The notes: generated by a model not told the origin, from the letters alone. 60,466 bases of DNA, filler included, from Diploschistes diacapsis (GCA_023645945.1; 4 parts of 4 records of this genome joined end to end with filler, not necessarily neighbours in it); one strand, 5' to 3'. Counted from the whole stretch's first letter, positions 12,818-26,582 are shown. A program made the numbers and translations.

Positions 12818-14133
12818 ATGAGTGGGCCTCATCCACCAGAGGCAGGTGGACAACAGATGCTATCCGCGCCTCCCCCCTCGCCCAACGAGCGAGGGTTGAC
12901 GGAGTTCATCTTGTGCGTTATTCTCATGGTCATTGCGACTGTCGCAGTGATTCTGAGGTTGGTGGCGCGCAAGTACAAAGGCGTTAAGTTTGCTCCTGAT
13001 GATTACATTATAGTTGTCGCCCTGGTGAGTCACTCCTAATCGATAGGAAGGAAGCGCACTAATGTCTAACCCAGTTTTTCCTATATGGGAATGGCATTGC
13101 AGGGTGCGTCGGTGTTACCTTAGGAGGCCGAGGATACCACATTTATGAGCTTGGTCAAGAGGTGATTGAGACGTCTCTCAAAGCGCTTTTCGCAGCCGAG
13201 ATCTCGTGGACTTGCAGCACATCCGCCATCAAGATATCCCTCCTACTGCTCTACATCCGGCTCTTCCCGCAGAAGCCGTTTCGTCTAATTGCCTACATAT
13301 TAATGGGAGTCGTGAGTCTATATTGCGTTGGCTGTATGATCTTCTTCGTTGGAAATTGCCGGCCCATCCGAGCAAACTGGATTCCGATGCTACCCGGATC
13401 CACATGCGGGAACCAGCAGGCAGGTTGGCTAGGAACCGGGGTGGCGAACCTCATCACCGATGTCGCTATCCTCTCTCTTCCGATGCGAAGTGTGTACCAC
13501 CTTCAATTACCCCGAAGAACAAGAGTAGCGGTCGCAGCCATTTTTGGCATAGGCTTTTCTACGCTCATCGTGAGCATTATGCGGCTAGTCACGATCCCGC
13601 AAATCGGCGTCAAAGACTTTACCTACACTGTTGTCCCGGCAGATATCTTGTCCGCTTTCGAGCCCACAATGATGATCACTTGTGCATGCCTGCCGATTAT
13701 GCGGCCACTGTTCAAACGATTCTTGCCGACAAACACGCGCTCAAAGTATGGTCATGGCTACAACAATGACCACTTGAACCTGCACTGGTCGAAGGGCGGC
13801 GGTAGGAACGGGCTTAGGGAGAGCTTGCACATGAAGCAGACGAAGAGCAAAGAGACCTCGAGCAAACACAAGAGCGTAGTACTAGCAGGGTCGGATGGCT
13901 TCCAACGCTTGCCTGACATCGAGTCAGAGCCCCACCACGCCGCGAATGTTGCAAAGGCCAACGAAAGAGAGGGGCATGATACAAAAGCCGTGACAAGGAA
14001 CAGCTCGAGAGCATTTTCACATAATCGCAGTGCTAGTCTGTTATTTGGGGGGAAGGAAGAAAGGTCTCACGCATTGGTGCCGCCTAAGCCCGGTATAGAG
14101 GTGACAACGGAGGTCAGCGTAGAACTGGAGTGA
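12818..14133 (+). CDS. PTH11-like (fungal rhodopsin-domain) integral membrane protein; exons 12818-13024 and 13075-14133
   Basis: Motifs AVILRLVARK...DDYIIVVAL, IKISLLLLYIRLF, CRPIRANW, NLITDVAILSLPM and ITCACLPIMRPLF. Intron GTGAGT...CTAAC...CAG in phase 0. Confidence 0.88.
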
Positions 14134-15095
14134 CGGGATACACGAAACGATACTGTCTGCGATATACATCATTGATATAGCAAGCGTGCTTGGGTATTTT
14201 AATATTTGGCAATGGGACATGACCGTGCCCGGAGGTACAACCGTAGACTTTCAGCAAGGAGAGCGGGAACTTGTCCCGCCATTGCGTTCTAGCGTCGGAG
14301 TTGGAAAGGACATGGATATCAGCGAAGGATACAACGGCTTGGGGTGGTTGGCTATTCACAAGGCACAAGGGACTCGAGGGAGCAACGGGAACGGTTGCGT
14401 TTCTTTTACTACTGCTCCTCCCTTAAAGGATACCTCTAGTTAACAGACAGCGCTCAGTGACAGTCCCTCTCTTCCAGAGGGTAGTGCCGAGAAGCAGTCC
14501 TAATATAATGCTGCCTCGTGTACCAGATGTACCTCCTAGGAGGCGTTATGGTAAGAACGTTAATGAAGAAGCCCCATGGCTATCCTTCACATGATTCGAG
14601 CGGTTCAGCCCCTCAAGGTAGTACGTACTAGACAATGAGCTAACAATGCAACATCAAGAACCTCGAGAAATCGAGGAATAGAACCGAGTTGTTTCCACGC
14701 CTCAAAAAGCCACAGCAAGCCAAGGTACGTAAATAATTCTGGAGGTGTGTACCTTTTGGGTGGGCAAGATGCCGTGGTCCCTACTTGGAACTGGAGGTTA
14801 AGGCACATGATGATCCTCGAGCGCATCCGACCCCAGTCTTTTCTACACCCTCTCCCCTAGGTATAGCGTAACACAGCATGTGGGAGAATGATGCTTACTA
14901 CAGCAATGCGCAATCCTACCTCCACCTCCACCTCGGCCCCCGCCACCAGCGCCAACTCACCCGAAACAAGCATCCCCATCCGCACTGCTACTATTGCCCC
15001 CACTCGCCCTCTTCCCGGGAACTGGCCTCTCCCACTTCCCTACCTCGCGAGACCCCTCTACTCTCCCTCCCTTTCCGCCTGCCTTCTCTCCACCC

Positions 15096-15195
15096 NNNNN
15101 NNNNNNNNNNNNNNNNNNNNNNNNNNNNNNNNNNNNNNNTTAATTAATTAANNNNNNNNNNNNNNNNNNNNNNNNNNNNNNNNNNNNNNNNNNNN
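15096..15195. other. Assembly gap with artificial linker (44N-TTAATTAATTAA-44N)
   Basis: Identical 100-nt cassette at three positions; the linker gives stop codons in all six frames. Confidence 0.97.
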
Positions 15196-15775
15196 TTTAT
15201 AGACATCTTTAGTTATTGCTTAGGATCAATTTATATTCGTTATTTTTATTTTTAGAAAGCTTTCTTTCCAGAGATAGTTTAAGACCTGTAACTATTCTAC
15301 CTTCTTTTCCTGTTTACACTCCTCTTCTAACAGAGATTAAACCCACCTTGACTCTACTCGTGTATACCTTGTATAGATAGAGATCATAACAATTCTCGAC
15401 GGTAGTCGCGAGTTTTTCGATTAATTTAATCAGAATTTCCTTATTATAATATTTATTTATAATATAGACTCCTCCGGTTAGAATCGAATAGCTCTTAATA
15501 AAGTTAGGTTAAAATTTAAGATGATTAATTTTATATACTTTATATGATTTTTTTGATTTTTTGATTCTGATCGAGTCTGTTATAATTTTATCTTGATTCT
15601 TTTTATCGAAGAGTTTATTAGATACGTCCGGTATAATCTGATTAAATAAGTCTAATAGATTCTAATCAGCACTACTTCAGCCTAAGTGATTAGGATACTT
15701 ACGCCAGTCACACACCTGATTATGTCCCTTCCAACTGCAATTGGAACACGCGTTCTCAGATGCAATCGAATCACA
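15196..15775. mobile_element. RIP-degraded dispersed repeat (transposon/LTR-like relic) ending in ...TGCAATCGAATCACA
   Basis: AT-rich and TpA-rich. 15613-15764 aligns without gaps to 45463-45614, differing almost only by C/T and G/A transitions. The terminal 16 nt recur at 46497-46512. Confidence 0.75.
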
Positions 15776-17459
15776 GTATCTACCCTTTCTGTGGAGCTTT
15801 TAACAGAGCCGAGTCTCTATCGTCTTACGCGAGCTGCTGAAAGCTCGGCGTTCCTACTTTTCTACCCCGTTTATGAAGGCAGAGTCTGGCAGAAAAGCTC
15901 GTCGAGCTATTACTATTATATGCATGGCATCTAGCTGCTGTGAGGCTCACCGTGCGAATACCGCTCCTTACGTATTTTTCGACCCAAAGAGATGGATTTA
16001 CTGCCCATTCCTACTTTCATCCAAAAGGTTTGGAAGAAGCTGTCTCATACAAAGTATCGAAACTCTTGCTAGGGCTTCGTGCCTGGTCATGGGCGAGCTG
16101 TATCCGGTCTTCGAACCATCCCCCAGACCTTCGTTACTTCCTGATACGCTACCTCGTCGACGGACATTCCCGGGCGGAAAACATGGTCGTAAAGAAGCGA
16201 CAGTTATGTCTTTCAAGCGTTCGCTGGCCGATGCCATCTGGGGCTTGATATTAGAATACTTCCGCGGTCGGAGCGGGGACGGTCTCATGTAATGAGCTCT
16301 ATCCAGATGCAAGCTGATAGATAAGGGAAAATAATCTCTCAAGTAAAAGCAGTAGCCCCATCGCAAACTGAGTTGGCTCAATAGTATCAGAGTGTTTCTC
16401 TAATCGAATAAACTTCTCAACCGCTTTTAGAGGCTGAATTAGGTAGCAGTCAACTTCCTTTTGTCTGAAACTTCCCATTTCATCATAAGATTATCGATTG
16501 TTCAAGCCAGCGAACCAAGCAATTGTCTCAAGCAAAAGAAACTTAAAGAACCTCATCTAGCGGTTCGCAGTCACAGTAGTATTGCATGTGAGCGGCTGTT
16601 ATGCAAAAACCCCGTTGGTCATTTTCAAGATCCCTACATTGGTCTAAAGAACAAGGTCGCTGGCGTTCAACAGAATCTTAAAAAACTTTCCATGCATGAA
16701 AGCTTGATTTAAACTAGGGTGTCAGCTTCGAATTGTAACATTCCAGAAGTTCTCTCCATCGCCCAGGACGCTCGACGCAACTTCTCCCAACATCTAACCT
16801 TCTTACGAGGTTTTCTGAGTTGTGGCTTCTAAAGGTCTCCGAAGTCCAAGGAATACCTCGTGTTGCTGTTCTCGCGCCGTTATGTACTCTGGTTTTTGGA
16901 TAGCCTGATAGGTACATTGTATCTATTGGAAGCGTTAAGGCGAAACCACTTCGACGCTAAAGCCTCGTTTATACTCCGATGACTGCACACCACAATATTT
17001 AAGGGAAATTCAGATGAATGTTTTCGTAGCATGCAGACGACGTGCCCAATTCCCTGGACAACTGCGAAAGGACTAAGAAGAAAGAGAAAAGGACCTTTTA
17101 TGTGAGATCCAGCGCGCTGGCCTGTTTCCTCGACAACTGGTATGACTGATCCATTTTGCATGCAATTCTCTATAATAGCTGTGAAGGATTACTGTGTTAC
17201 TTTATGGATAAGACTAGAGCTGTAAAAGGGTCCTAGGTTTCCTCGTTATCAGCTTTATGTTCATAGCTCTAAAATGCAATATCATGACGGTAGCTAAAAG
17301 TATATCGTGAGACGAAAAGCAAAGGCCAATGATGTCTAAGAGGAAGAGCCTAAGACAGTCCGTTAGTTTCCGCTTTTTTACTATTGACTTGAATGTAAGA
17401 TAATATGTCTGATCTGCCTAGAGCGTGGCTCAGTGATCACGGAGTTAGGTATCATTCAG

Positions 17460-18195
17460 GCCTGTCTCAAATGCCCCGTGCTCTACCGATGGAACATGTC
17501 CACTAATCCCTAAATATAGACATGCTCCCTCTGTTGAATGTAGTCACGGGTGGCAGATCCCCAGAGCTGATCCCCGATGGATTATTTGATGTTCTATTCC
17601 GTCTCGAATTTCGCGATATATCTTATGATTTTTCCGTTAGAGCTTTCGCGAACTCCAGAGGTACTCGTATATGTTCTTTAATCTGTATCGTAACTAATTT
17701 ATAGATTTAAGGATGTCCCTTTTGATTTTATCGCGTTAAACGCGTTATTGGTTGTATATCGTTAGCGTTTTGATGTGATAAATCTATAAAAAATATTAAT
17801 AGTACCGTTTTTATTATCGTAATCAACCGTTCCCTGTCCGTATATGCTTACGAGCCAACGAACATGGTTTTAATCGTTAGGGTTGTTCTTTTCTCCTATT
17901 TCGCTATTAAAATACGATTTTATTGTATTTTCGCGTTTCTCGACATCGTGGATGTTCCTAATGTTAAGAACATTGTGGCCCTTCCATACCTACGGGATGA
18001 ACTATATCATCATCAGAACTGGCATGGCAAGTTCTCCTTACTCGTAAGTTGTACCCATGTAGTCGTTCCGTACCAACACCTCTTTCGTATTGATATGATC
18101 GTTCAGGGCACTCCTAGAATATAGTAACACCGTGGCTTCGCTCACTCCCGACTCCTTTGTTATACCAACATGGTCCTTCTACTCACCTCTCCATC
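17460..18195 (-). pseudogene. Degenerate RIP-like coding remnant, product unknown
   Basis: Possible ATG GAG AG|gtgagt...tag|G AGT GCC spliced start, then one protein-like frame (...VRWLVSIYGQG...SIGDQLWGSATRDYIQQREHVYI...) broken by about 11 stops, all TAA/TAG (hand count). Confidence 0.3.
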
Positions 18196-19364
18196 TATGG
18201 TCCCCAAACTATTTTGTTTCGTTTCTAGAATAGGCGGAGTTTCAAATCTCCCAGTGTATCTCCTGCGCTCGCTTATTTGAAGGCATAATGAAGACAAAAT
18301 CCGACCAAGTGCCCATGAACCAAATAGTTTGACATCCTAAAGCAAAAACGGGAAAATTATAGTTGCTCAGCTCAGGAAGATCGGTCCTGTGCTTTACGAT
18401 GCAATCGATGGATGAAAGATCCGGTGGCGTAATCTTAACGCTTCCAATGGTTTCCGTCGAAGGCCATGCTTCTCAAGGCTGTGTGTTTCACTCCCTAGAG
18501 CTCAGCTAACGTGACCTCTTTCCAATTCCCGCACCTCAGCGCTTATCTCCAGAGACAAGTTGAAATGGGAGTTACGGTCTTCCTAGCGCCCCGATTTTGT
18601 TTGAATCCCCCCAGTCCACGTTCATGGTTGCTAAACATTAAACCTTTGATTTTGGGTGACGTGTATTATGCGTGCCTGAAGGGTTCAACGGTCTGTTAAT
18701 GTCTATAGAAATTTTTCGTAAGATGTCATGCCTTGTCAATATCATCTATTCTAATTTCCAGTATAGCCCACTTATGCATTGAAATGGTTCGAAACAGAAC
18801 CTGGCGAAGCGTCGCCCCGCAAACACGGCCTTTAGCCTTGAGACTAGGATCTAGAGGACCTGGGCGGTTCAGTTCTGATACTTCTTAGAATCTTTCTTAC
18901 ACATCTTATTTCCACAAAACGTGTTTTTCGCTCTCTAGGCTCCTGCAGGCTCATGCCCCTAATTTCCCACTCCTTCTTTCCGTGTTTTACAGGTTAACCA
19001 AACGAGGCCTGGTGTAGTAGCTATCGCGGCAATGGAACTACCTGAGATTGTTCTCTCACTAGAGATTAAGCGCTGATGATTCGCTTTCACTGCAAGAACA
19101 GACGGGGTAATCCAAGAGCCTCGTATCCAGTGCTATGGTGATTCTAAAGATCCCTAAGTTTATCACCGGCCATTTAAGCCCATAATGAGGCTGGGTCGCT
19201 CGTTATCCGAATTTTTCTTCTTTGTCGATACAGAATCACGTTTCGACCGGCAAGACCCAACTCTGAAATGCTCGTAACGCTTGTACTTTCTTGTATATAA
19301 ATAGCTCTGAAAGATCGGTCTCGCCTGAGCTAGCCTCAGCTACCCGAATGCAGACGCATATCGT

Positions 19365-21545
19365 TCACCGGAGGCCTCCAAGGCTTATATTGAATCTCCG
19401 GGTGTTCGAGGCGCCTCTTAGATTGGATCCCGAGCACGCGCCGAAGTGGCCTAGCATTTTCAGGGATTTCGCGATGTTCAAGATACCTGACCTGGTGTTC
19501 CCTGGCTTTACGCCGCCGTCCAGCTTCCAGGACTCTTTATCCTTCCACAGGCACAGCCTCTCCTCTTCGCAAACGATTTGCTTCCTTCCCCAAGAAGCCC
19601 GTCCCCTTACATCGGCGAACATCTCTTCGTCCTCCTCTCGCTCCAAGCGCATGGTACGTACTTCTTTGGTACTGAGGTCGAAGTCGCTAGAAGGGCTCAC
19701 TTCTTCATCGTCATCTTCTTCGTCTTCAGGCGGAGGAGCAAACTTTTCCATTTCCCAGTATCTAACTTTCTTATCCCGCATAGTACCAAAGAAACTTTTG
19801 CCGGATGAATGATAAATCCCTGTACTCAGCAGATCGCATTGCTACTAATTTTTTATGTCTGCTTCCTGACTTCCAGAAACAGTGCCTCCAAATCCCTGGT
19901 TTTTTCCCCCTGGTACTTTATAGAAACATCACCGTCTTGACTTTGCAGCACGAGCTGCCTGTGGACATCGTGATTGGAATGAAACCCCTTTTCTGTTCGG
20001 ATAGCTTCTTTTCCCGACTCGCTGTTTCCCTTTTGCAAGATGCCCCTCTCGAGCTCGAACTCAATTCCAAGAGCGGGGCGAAAGATATGTTGAGACGTAA
20101 TGTCCAACTTCTTATGGGATACCAACTAGGCTGTGGTTCCAGCACACGACGCTGTGATATATGGCGATCTTTTTATCTAGATCATACGGCCTTTTCAATA
20201 AGTGGCGTGAAGGTACCCCCGCTACCTATTTCTATCAACGGTCGTCTCAATATTGCCGTCTTTTATTCAGAATTCGTTCTGGCAGTTTTCCAAAGATAAT
20301 AGAAGCTTCTTTTTTGTTTCCAGATTCCTCATGAAGTCCAGTCGTCGATCCCAGCTACCTACCTAGCTTCTTTGCTCCATTTGCTTCATCGTAGTCCCAA
20401 GCTCCGAGATCCATCCTAAGAGAAAGGGGAGAATTACGTCAAGTCTCCCATCTTTTTCTTGTTGTCTATAACCCAGGGACCCCCTCCCGTCTCTGCACAG
20501 CCGTTCTGGCTTGCCCGAAACTCGGAATCTGTGATTTTTCCATCTATATCTGCTTTCAGTATCAAGTTCTAAAGATGCATTTGATGCTCGGTACCGAGGC
20601 TCCGTAGATTTGTTCTTGCCTGAAACCATCAACCGAGTTGAAGCTGTGTCCCACTCTCCATCCATAATGGGTGTTTGGTACATTTATAGTTTAGCTAGTG
20701 CACCTGACAGTTTCTGCATCAGCTGCTACGACGATGACCTTGCCGCCATACAACTGGTAGCTCTGTGGCATGGCCGGTTGCGGGGTTCTAGGATAGGTTC
20801 AGAAGGTGGACCTTCTCCTCCCTTTTACAGTAGGTGCTAGATTGCTTCCACCACACCCATCAGGATCATTTACTGGGCCATATTGACTTCAGTATGTATT
20901 CGCCACTCCTCATTGGTCATCACTTAGCCCTTTGGTGACATTTTTGATATCCCCTGCTCTTTGGGGATTTTCTCTATTCCAATCCCGCTACTCTTTTCCT
21001 GCGATCGGAATCTGCTCATCTCACAATGTCTGCGATATAGGTGTCCTCAGCCTGCAAAATATGCGGCGTTGCTGAAGTTCGCTACATCGTTATCCTTCCT
21101 AATCGGCTCTCTTCGTTCAAGGAAGCATCAATGTTCTGCTTCTCGGTTATTCCTTGGCTTCTCAGACAATTGACATCTGTTGGTAATCTCCGCGAAAGTT
21201 TCTCAAGATTTTAAATATCGCAGTTCTCGGCCGAGCCTGCCGCGTCTTGGTTCCGTTTTATCCGAAGATCGTATGGGTCTGATGTCTTTCTTGAAAAGCT
21301 GATAAGTCCCTTTCCTAGTCTTAAGCTCTCCCAGCTTATCTTCGTTTTAACAGACCAGATGAAGACGCTCCATAAGAACAGCTCGATCCCCGATTCGATT
21401 CTTCAATCCCATGGCGCCATACAGGGCCCTCAGGCGAGAAAATAGATATTCCTTTTATATCCCGCAATCATAAAACCCATTATAGAACAGGAAGGCCTCT
21501 GTTGGCGTCAGGTTTTTTTCAGTCAGGATTTTGTGAAATTGACTT
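19365..21545 (-). pseudogene. Long decayed reading frame(s), product unknown
   Basis: ORFs 20683-20363 and 20125-19853 share one frame that stays protein-like up to about 21545 with scattered stops. It shifts frame into ORF 19781-19365 (acidic PPPEDEEDDDEE segment). Confidence 0.3.
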
Positions 21546-21848
21546 TCCATGCGACATCAACAGCTATGCTCTTGGCTGGAAACAGCCCGTTTGGTTAGTT
21601 CGATCTAAGGTTTGGTTTTTGTATATATATCATCCTCATAGGTACTTATGAGCCCACAGAGCAGCCAGGTTTGCTTCTGGAAATAACGTCGATGATCTGT
21701 ATATTATCTCTAACAGCCTTCACGGCACTCCTGTGGTGGTGAGCTAATCTCGTCCACCACTTCATGCTTTTATGAGTCTGTAGATTCTTTTTTGAACTAG
21801 CTGCCAGTATCCTAGCATCGCAACACTCTTCCCAAGATAGCGGCAGCC

Positions 21849-21884
21849 GAAGAAGAAGAAGAAGAAGAAGAAGAAGAAGAAGAA
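21849..21884. repeat. (GAA)12 microsatellite
   Basis: Directly visible. Confidence 0.95.
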
Positions 21885-22011
21885 ATTCCTGCGTTATTCG
21901 TTTTGTGGCAAAACAGATGACGCTATTGTTGGCTAATTTATAGTTACATAGTTGACGGCTTTAGTTTAGTTTAAGATATCGGTATAAGCTAGCCAGGCAC
22001 GATTGAGATCA

Positions 22012-22040
22012 CACCCGGCGGACTCACCCGGCGGACTCAC
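22012..22040. repeat. 13-bp tandem duplication CACCCGGCGGACT x2.2
   Basis: cacccggcggact cacccggcggact cac. Confidence 0.85.
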
Positions 22041-25000
22041 AGGAATCGTGTCAGTTGCCAACCAAATTCTCACCTCCAGTCTTCGAGCCTATCCGTTTCG
22101 TCATTGGAGCATCTATCCCTATATACCAGGGTAACTCATTCCTGCGCCAGTCGAACCGGGGTAGTATATTTCAACAGAGCAGCAGAGCCTACACGGAGTG
22201 TGTAGCATTTTGATTTACGATCTAACATAATAAAAATCCTGTCATGCACTAAGTCATTCAAACCCCGAGGAAGTTCGTCATATGCTGAGTAATGTCGAAG
22301 AATTCCAATCAGGGCGAAGGTAGAGCCTGTGAACTCTTATGTTCATGTATGGCATCAGATCCCCGCAGTCTTAATATCGTAAGGCCATCCCATGCTACTC
22401 ACTGCACGGGCAAATCCTTGGATTTGATTCCAGCTCTCAACAAACTCGGTGATAGTGGGAAAAGAAGGCGAGACAGCCGGAAAATCCTGGGTAACATTGA
22501 TGGGCTTATTTAACCTTCTCCGCCCTGAAAGGATTATATTCGCCGTCGGAGGAACCTTGATTGGATCAGCCGTTCGGAATTGATGACGATATTGAAACCA
22601 GAAACCAGATCGTAAGCTCCATAAACCTCGTATCCGATTGTTGTGGTCACGATTCTGCCTTATCTCGGAACCGAACCTATTCATGATTCTTAGAGCTGCA
22701 TCGCCCCCCGGATCGTCAACGACCTAAGCCAACAGGGCTAAGATCAACGGTACCTGCCATCCCCTTTCGTCGTATTACTGCCGCTTGTTCATTAGTGATG
22801 GCCTTTCTGCGTATTTGAGATCTTAAGATTTCTCGAATTTGCTAAGTGGCTTTGGTGATGTCTGCGGCAGTCAAACCCCTTAATTTGTGAGCTTTAACTG
22901 CAGTACCAGCTAATCTCTTTGCCATAGCTTGCGCCAATAGGTTTTACGCTGGCTAAATGTGCCCGTTAATCATTGTCACAAAGACACTTACCGCCTTAAC
23001 GTACGACTCCGTAGAGCTATAAACGCCATTCGGATAGGCTGAAACAGCAAGGGCCTGTCCTTACTGCGCATCAGCCTTCTCAATGGCATGACTAGCTCTG
23101 ACGATCTTCTGTCTGAATGTTTGAGTTAGGGACTTAGCCGCTGCCCACTCTTCTTCGTAGTCTCTCTCTGTAATGCCAGTTGCGGCATATGTCGGCGCAT
23201 GATCAACATCCTTAAAGTAGGACTTCATGTCGAAATCTCCGAGCATTAGTTCACCGGCTTCGAAAGTCATTCTCCTCAATCTCGTCGTGATACAGTGTGA
23301 CAGCTATTTCCCGACACTGCAGTGCCTGTCCTAACTCAATACGTCTGTCGGATTCCATCGCTATCATGTCTGTTATCGAATCTTGCTATTGTTTCAATAA
23401 CCGCAAAGACTTTCCTCTCATGGGGCATTGCTCTGACAGTTCGCTCTCCTGCCTCTTCACTACCACAGAGAACAGAAACGAAGATACCATGAAGAGATCC
23501 TTTTATGAAGCTGGTTCTATTGTGGAAGGGTGAGAAATAGGAGAATCTCCAAAAGGTGCTATATACGCGTATAATGGGTTGTTGGTATGCTGGGAAGAAA
23601 GTAGAGTTCCTTTCGTTCGGTGGGGCTATTGTATGGCGAGGAATTATATAGTATAACGGACTGGGTCGGTTACTCCAAAAGGTTCCTTTAATGCTTTGGT
23701 TGAGATTGAAAGTAGACACACTCAGCCGCGTTGAGTAGACCTTATGCGGTGTCCGCATATGGTACGGTCATATTCCTCGAAGACAAGGGTGAGAACAGAG
23801 CACCCGGAGACCTAATCTAGTGATATTCGCAGCTTTCGTGGAAATAAAAGCGGGCAGAGTTCCTATCTCTCCTCTGTAGTTCGTACATATCGGCAGAGAA
23901 CATTTGTCCATTAAGATAATTTGGCAGAGCTAATTCAGGTTCGGAGGAAAGTGGTTCATATAGTGACGAGCTTTCGCAATGTTCGAAAGATGCCTACTCA
24001 AATTTCGAAGAATCGAGTTGATAGATGCTGTTAAGGGGGGCAGAGGTCACCCAGTTCACCAGATCGCGACGAAGTCGGGAAAGAGACAGCTTCCAAGTAC
24101 TCACGGTAGAAACCAGTACTCGCGGAAGTTTTCGAAAGAACAGTGGTCCTCAGGAGTCCGAAGTTTGTGTTGAAAGGGCCATACAATACTTCGAAAACTG
24201 GTTGTTTCGGCACTCTCAAGATGCCAGATTTCCGATCCTGAGCTAAAAGACAAAATTGTTAACAACCTATCCCAGGTGCAGTTGGGGTTTGGGCTTCTGT
24301 TCCTTTCCGAAATAGCCGGAGTTACCAAGCGTTGTCGTGATGGTTCAAGACTTCAGTGAAAATTGCCGGTAATCCGATGGTGGCTCAGTGGCGCTAGAAT
24401 CCTGTGACTGGTGATAATAGGTAGATTATGGATAGTATAATCGGCCGAAAATCAAATTCCAAACCCTCTTCAGCCTTGCAAGTTCAATGGACCTCTAAGC
24501 TTATCATGACACCCATAGAAGGGGAGAGTTTAGTCCACGTTATATAATGCAGTAGACAATCTTGCTCGCATGTTTCTGTCCCCCGTCTGGAACTGGAAGT
24601 TGGATAACTGTACCTTTTGCGGTTGTAATAATGACCATCCTTCCCATCGTATATATATCCAAGTCATTTGGAAGACAATCCTGCCTCTTTGTACAGTTCG
24701 TAGAACAAAAGTGTAGTCACAGGGTAGAGCATCCTGTTGAGGTGCTGGCGTCATAGCTTTTACTCTCTAAGAATCCAACCACAGGTCGGAAGGTCTATCC
24801 TGGACCACATCCGGTGATGTCTATAAGTAGTTTAAATGTAGAACGAGAAGCAATACAAATGCCTAGCTGTGTTTGAAGGACAGATTTCAGGATTTTGTAT
24901 ATATTTATTGCAGGAGGGAAGATAAAGGCGGAGGAGGAAGAAAAGATAAAGGTGGGGAACAGCCGCTCTTAAATATTCTAGAACCAGTCATGGCTAGCAA

Positions 25001-26582
25001 ACACAATTGAATAGAACCAATGTAAATCCATGAGAGCTGGGTAGGGATTGAGTGAATGAATCGGGAAGAAGCTAGTAGGGGCGTTTGTGTTGCAGAAGGG
25101 CTGTGAATGCGGTGTATAAAGCCTTGACTCTTGAGAGCTGAGGACGTCAAAACCTCTTCGCAACCGGGCCGATATCGACCAGTAGCCTTCAGCCTTCAAT
25201 CTAGTACATAGAAGCATCTCAGCATAATCAGCCTTATTCACAGAATAGCGCGGGCTTCTAGTCCAAATATGTTTTACCATACTATTCATTTCCACATGCA
25301 CGTCCAACTTCTCTCAGATCTACCGAGTCTAGTATATTGCAGCGTACCACTTTGCTAACCCGATTCGTGGTGCTGGGCATGTACGAAATACTTTCGAGGT
25401 GGCCGTTTACACAGCTACGGGTAGGAGATGAAAAACGAGAGGATGGCAAGATGTCCACGTACACAAGGCTGCGTTACGTTACACAGATGCACGTGGGTGT
25501 GTTGGATGCATGGTCGGAAGAACTAAGAGCGGGGGACGCAGATCCGGGACTCGCTTACCGTCCGAGCCGGGGTCCGTGAGTCATAGCTGGATAAAAACAC
25601 GGTGAGTTGTGAGCCGAGGATAGCCGCGCGCCACCGCCACGGATGCTACGGGTTGAGCCGATGCAAGGGAGGGTAGGGGAAGTGTTGGGCAGTTGGGAGT
25701 TCAAAGGATTGGGGTAATTATGGGTCACTGTGTGTCTTGTGGGTTCTGTGAGCATGTATTGATGCTCCATGAATTGTAGGTGAGCCTGTGGGCTCCATCT
25801 AGCTGGCTACCTGATGCGTCAACAGGTAAGAGCATCGAAGCGAGCACTGCGAACTTGCAAGCGCAATTAGCAATGACAATGTCCGCGCGCGATGAGCAGG
25901 GATCATAAAAGCTGCATCATCTCCGCAACCCCCAATTGAAAGCAACGACACAAGCAGAAAGTCATTAACCATTGACCATTACCCATTACGCCATCCTTGG
26001 CCTCCACTCCATGAACTGAGAGAAATCGAAACGCAAAGCAACAGAAAAAAAGCAAGTAAATCAGACAGGGTATAGGGCTCCAAACACCGTGGCCCATGCG
26101 TCGCATGTCTGGGTATCTGGGAAAGTCAAATTCATGTCCTCCCCTAGATGTCTAGCAGGATAAGGTGGTCCTGGTCTATCGTGCATGTAGAAGGTCGCGC
26201 CACCGGAGGGAGGTCCAGTAGCTGTTCTGTTGAAAAGTGGAGGCAAAGTAGAAATCGCGTGGAATGTGGTGAAGTTGAAGATCGGGTGATGATGTTAGGT
26301 TGAAACCCGGCCGTGTCCGTCCTAAGGGCATATGCAGATCGTAGGATCGTAAGTGTTCTAGTATTGAGATGTGGATAAAGAGGGATGGCTTGTCAGATGG
26401 TAGATCCGCCCTCAGAACGTTGAGGGAGTATTGGTTCGCACACCATGTCTTTGGGCTCGAAGAAGTTCAGGCTTTGCAAGAGGAGCACAATAGTCAGAAT
26501 GATAGACGTGTGCTGCGCCGATTGTGAGCTTTGGACGTGCAGAATGAGAAAACATCCCGCGTAAAGTGCCAGTCGCAAAGGC

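Noticed and set aside
14878..15095. Possible gene start running into the first gap
   Set aside because: Low-complexity C-rich sequence open in two frames; no motif to support a call.
15140..15151. TTAATTAATTAA as a biological repeat or piggyBac-type target site
   Set aside because: Always centred in identical N-runs; it is an assembly linker.
15780..25500. Starship or endogenous viral element call
   Set aside because: No captain recombinase, capsid, polymerase or terminal repeat could be recognised; kept only as a decayed island.
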